Part shown: positions 26,093 through 28,118 of the stretch, piece after piece
How the letters are laid out: each line of letters starts with the position of its first letter
How positions within the stretch are numbered: position 1 is the first letter of the stretch
Assembly: GCA_029564175.1 (NCBI GenBank)
Contig: JAKQQL010000309.1
Coordinates: 1 to 28,118 of the forward strand
Length of the DNA: 28,118 nt
DNA from: Candidatus Cloacimonadota bacterium
Lineage (GTDB): Bacteria > Cloacimonadota > Cloacimonadia > Cloacimonadales > WRIO01
Direction of reading: 5' to 3'
Notes under the pieces: generated by a model
Told to the model about the DNA's origin: nothing
Seen by the model: only the letters and a program-made list of their open reading frames with translations
Database searches by the model: none
Made by a program: the position numbers and the translations under genes

Positions 26093-28118
26093 ATGAAACG
26101 ATTAATGATAGTATGCTTAATGATAGCATGCGTTGTTTCAATGTTCGCTGCACAGAAAAGCATTCAGTTTGCTAATGGGAAATCTGGTGTAGCAATCGTT
26201 AATGAAAAGTCTTCTGGCATTGTTCTTGACTGGGCAATCAATGAAATGACCATTTCAGATATCACAAATAAAGGTGGTAATTTTACAGGATTATCTGTAA
26301 ACGGATTTATCGGTACAGGCGAAGAAGGTTTACCTGAATTGCCATATAACGGAAAAATCATTGCTGTACCTGTAAACGCTGTATTGTCTGTCAATTTTGT
26401 AAACACACACAGTACAGTTATTGATTTAAAAGCTCATGGTTTTAATCAGGTGATTACACCTGCTCAGCCATCAGTTGAAAAATGTAAAGATGCTAAAGAT
26501 ATGCCATTTGTGATGAATCAAGCTGCATATCAGCAGGCAAACTACCGTAGCTTTGTACCGGTTCAGATTGAAGAAATCGGTTTTATGCGTGGTTACCGTT
26601 TAGTAACTGTTTCTTATACACCGGTTGAGTACAATCCAGTAAATAATACTGCAAAAGTATATGACAAAGTACGTGTTGAAATTGGCTACGAAGGTGCTGA
26701 CTACGCTCAAACTGAATATATGAGAGCAAAGACTTATTCTCCTGCATTTGAATCGACTTTAGCAAAAAGTGTATTAAATTATGTAGCGCCAAACACACGT
26801 GACACTTTAACCCGTTACCCAATGAAATATGTCATCATTGCTGATCCAATGTTTACCGCTCAGTTAACTCCATTTATCGAATGGAAAACTCAGCAGGGCT
26901 ATCAGGTAATCGTTCAGTATAAAGGCGATGCAGCTGTTGGTTCAACCAAAGAAAGTATCAAAGCTTACTTACAAGGATTATGGAATGCTGCAACTCCAAC
27001 CGATCCAGCTCCGACCTATTTATTATTTGTTGCAGATCATGGTCAGATTCCTGCATGGAATGCTCAGGCTTCTCCAACTGGTCATATCACGGATTTAACT
27101 TATGTTCGTCTTGAAGGAACAGATTTCTTACCTGAATTGTACTATGGTCGTTTTTCAGCTAACAATGCCAATGAATTACAACCACAGATTGATAAAACCT
27201 TATATTACGAAAAATACCAGTTTGCAGATCCTTCATACTTAGCAAATCAGATTTTGATTGCCGGCGTGGATGGTACATATGGCGCAACACATGCAAACGG
27301 ACAAATCAACTATATTACAACCCACTATGCGACTGCCGCTAATGGCATTAATCCATTAGTTCATCTCTATCCAAACTCAGGTTCACAAGATGCTGCGATT
27401 GTTGCTGAAACAAGTCAGGGTGCCGGCTGGATCAATTATACTGCACATGGTAGCGAGACTTCATGGGCAGACCCTTCATTTACAATTTCAAATATCAACA
27501 GCTTACAAAATAATGGCAAATACCCGTTTGTTATTGGTAACTGCTGTCTAACCAACAAATTTGAAATTACGACCTGTTTTGGTGAAGCATGGCTGAGAGC
27601 TGCTGATAAGGGTGCTATTATCTATATTGGTGGCACAAACTCAACTTACTGGAATGAAGACTATTGGTTTGCAGTAGGTCTTGCTGGTAATGCGAATGGT
27701 ACCGCTCCTGCATATAACCCAAATCAGTTAGGTATGTACGATCAGGCTTACCACACACATGGCGAAGCCTATGCTGACTGGAATGTAACTGCTATGGGCA
27801 TGGTTCATGCCGGCAATATGGTCGTTCAGGCTTCTTCAAGTAACAAAAAACAATATTACTGGGAAATTTACAGTGTGATGGGTGATCCATCACTGGTTCC
27901 TTACTTAAAACAAGGCATGCCAAATCCTGCTGAATACATGACCACTATGTTTATTGGCATGACTACTTATACAATTACCAGTGCTGCTCCTTATTCTTAT
28001 GCTGCGATTACATTCAATGGCGAATTAAAAGGTTACGCTTTATGCGATGAAAACGGCGAAGCAGTTATCAATATTGATCCAATCACAGTTCCTGGAAATG
28101 CGAAATTAGTGATTTCAG
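26093..28118 (+). CDS. Peptidase C25 gingipain (Lys-gingipain/Kgp-like), 3'-truncated by the window edge; absent from the ORF track
   Basis: Manual translation: signal peptide MKRLMIVCLMIACVVSMFA, propeptide (GEEGLPELP, VEYNPV), catalytic region with EWKTQQG, YYGRFSA, NYTAHGSETSWADP (His), IGNCCLT (Cys) and TYWNEDYWFAVG. Confidence 0.92.
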   Translation, partial: MKRLMIVCLMIACVVSMFAAQKSIQFANGKSGVAIVNEKSSGIVLDWAINEMTISDITNKGGNFTGLSVNGFIGTGEEGLPELPYNGKIIAVPVNAVLSVNFVNTHSTVIDLKAHGFNQVITPAQPSVEKCKDAKDMPFVMNQAAYQQANYRSFVPVQIEEIGFMRGYRLVTVSYTPVEYNPVNNTAKVYDKVRVEIGYEGADYAQTEYMRAKTYSPAFESTLAKSVLNYVAPNTRDTLTRYPMKYVIIADPMFTAQLTPFIEWKTQQGYQVIVQYKGDAAVGSTKESIKAYLQGLWNAATPTDPAPTYLLFVADHGQIPAWNAQASPTGHITDLTYVRLEGTDFLPELYYGRFSANNANELQPQIDKTLYYEKYQFADPSYLANQILIAGVDGTYGATHANGQINYITTHYATAANGINPLVHLYPNSGSQDAAIVAETSQGAGWINYTAHGSETSWADPSFTISNINSLQNNGKYPFVIGNCCLTNKFEITTCFGEAWLRAADKGAIIYIGGTNSTYWNEDYWFAVGLAGNANGTAPAYNPNQLGMYDQAYHTHGEAYADWNVTAMGMVHAGNMVVQASSSNKKQYYWEIYSVMGDPSLVPYLKQGMPNPAEYMTTMFIGMTTYTITSAAPYSYAAITFNGELKGYALCDENGEAVINIDPITVPGNAKLVIS

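Noticed and set aside
1088..26822. Numerous short antisense or alternative-frame ORFs overlapping called genes
   Set aside because: They are shadows of well-supported CDSs and have no independent motifs.

Overview
AT-rich bacterial chromosomal segment. Gene content (Kgp-like C25 gingipain, Cami1-type effector) suggests Cloacimonadota or a related FCB-type anaerobe; this is inference. Bases 1-9402 hold a type III-A CRISPR-Cas locus: the trailer end of a 37-bp-repeat array, cas6, cas10, csm2-5 and a CARF-RelE (Cami1-like) effector, with no cas1/cas2 or csm6 in the window. The locus is heavily colonised by a REP-like palindrome family. These repeats are co-amplified with truncated CRISPR repeats at the array trailer, form identical 49-bp direct repeats bracketing cas10-csm5, and are inserted in frame into the Csm4 C-terminus. 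Next come two minus-strand ~170-aa flagellin-like paralogs, then rpmH-rnpA-yidD-yidC-jag (no adjacent dnaA), an MBL hydrolase, gpsA, a zinc-ribbon membrane protein, TatD, an APH-family kinase and a long RelA/SpoT homolog. The right end has an MNT gene whose probable HEPN partner is broken by a 252-bp MITE, an S41 peptidase, a Ca2+/Na+ antiporter and a gingipain-like gene with a sigma54-type promoter that runs off the window.
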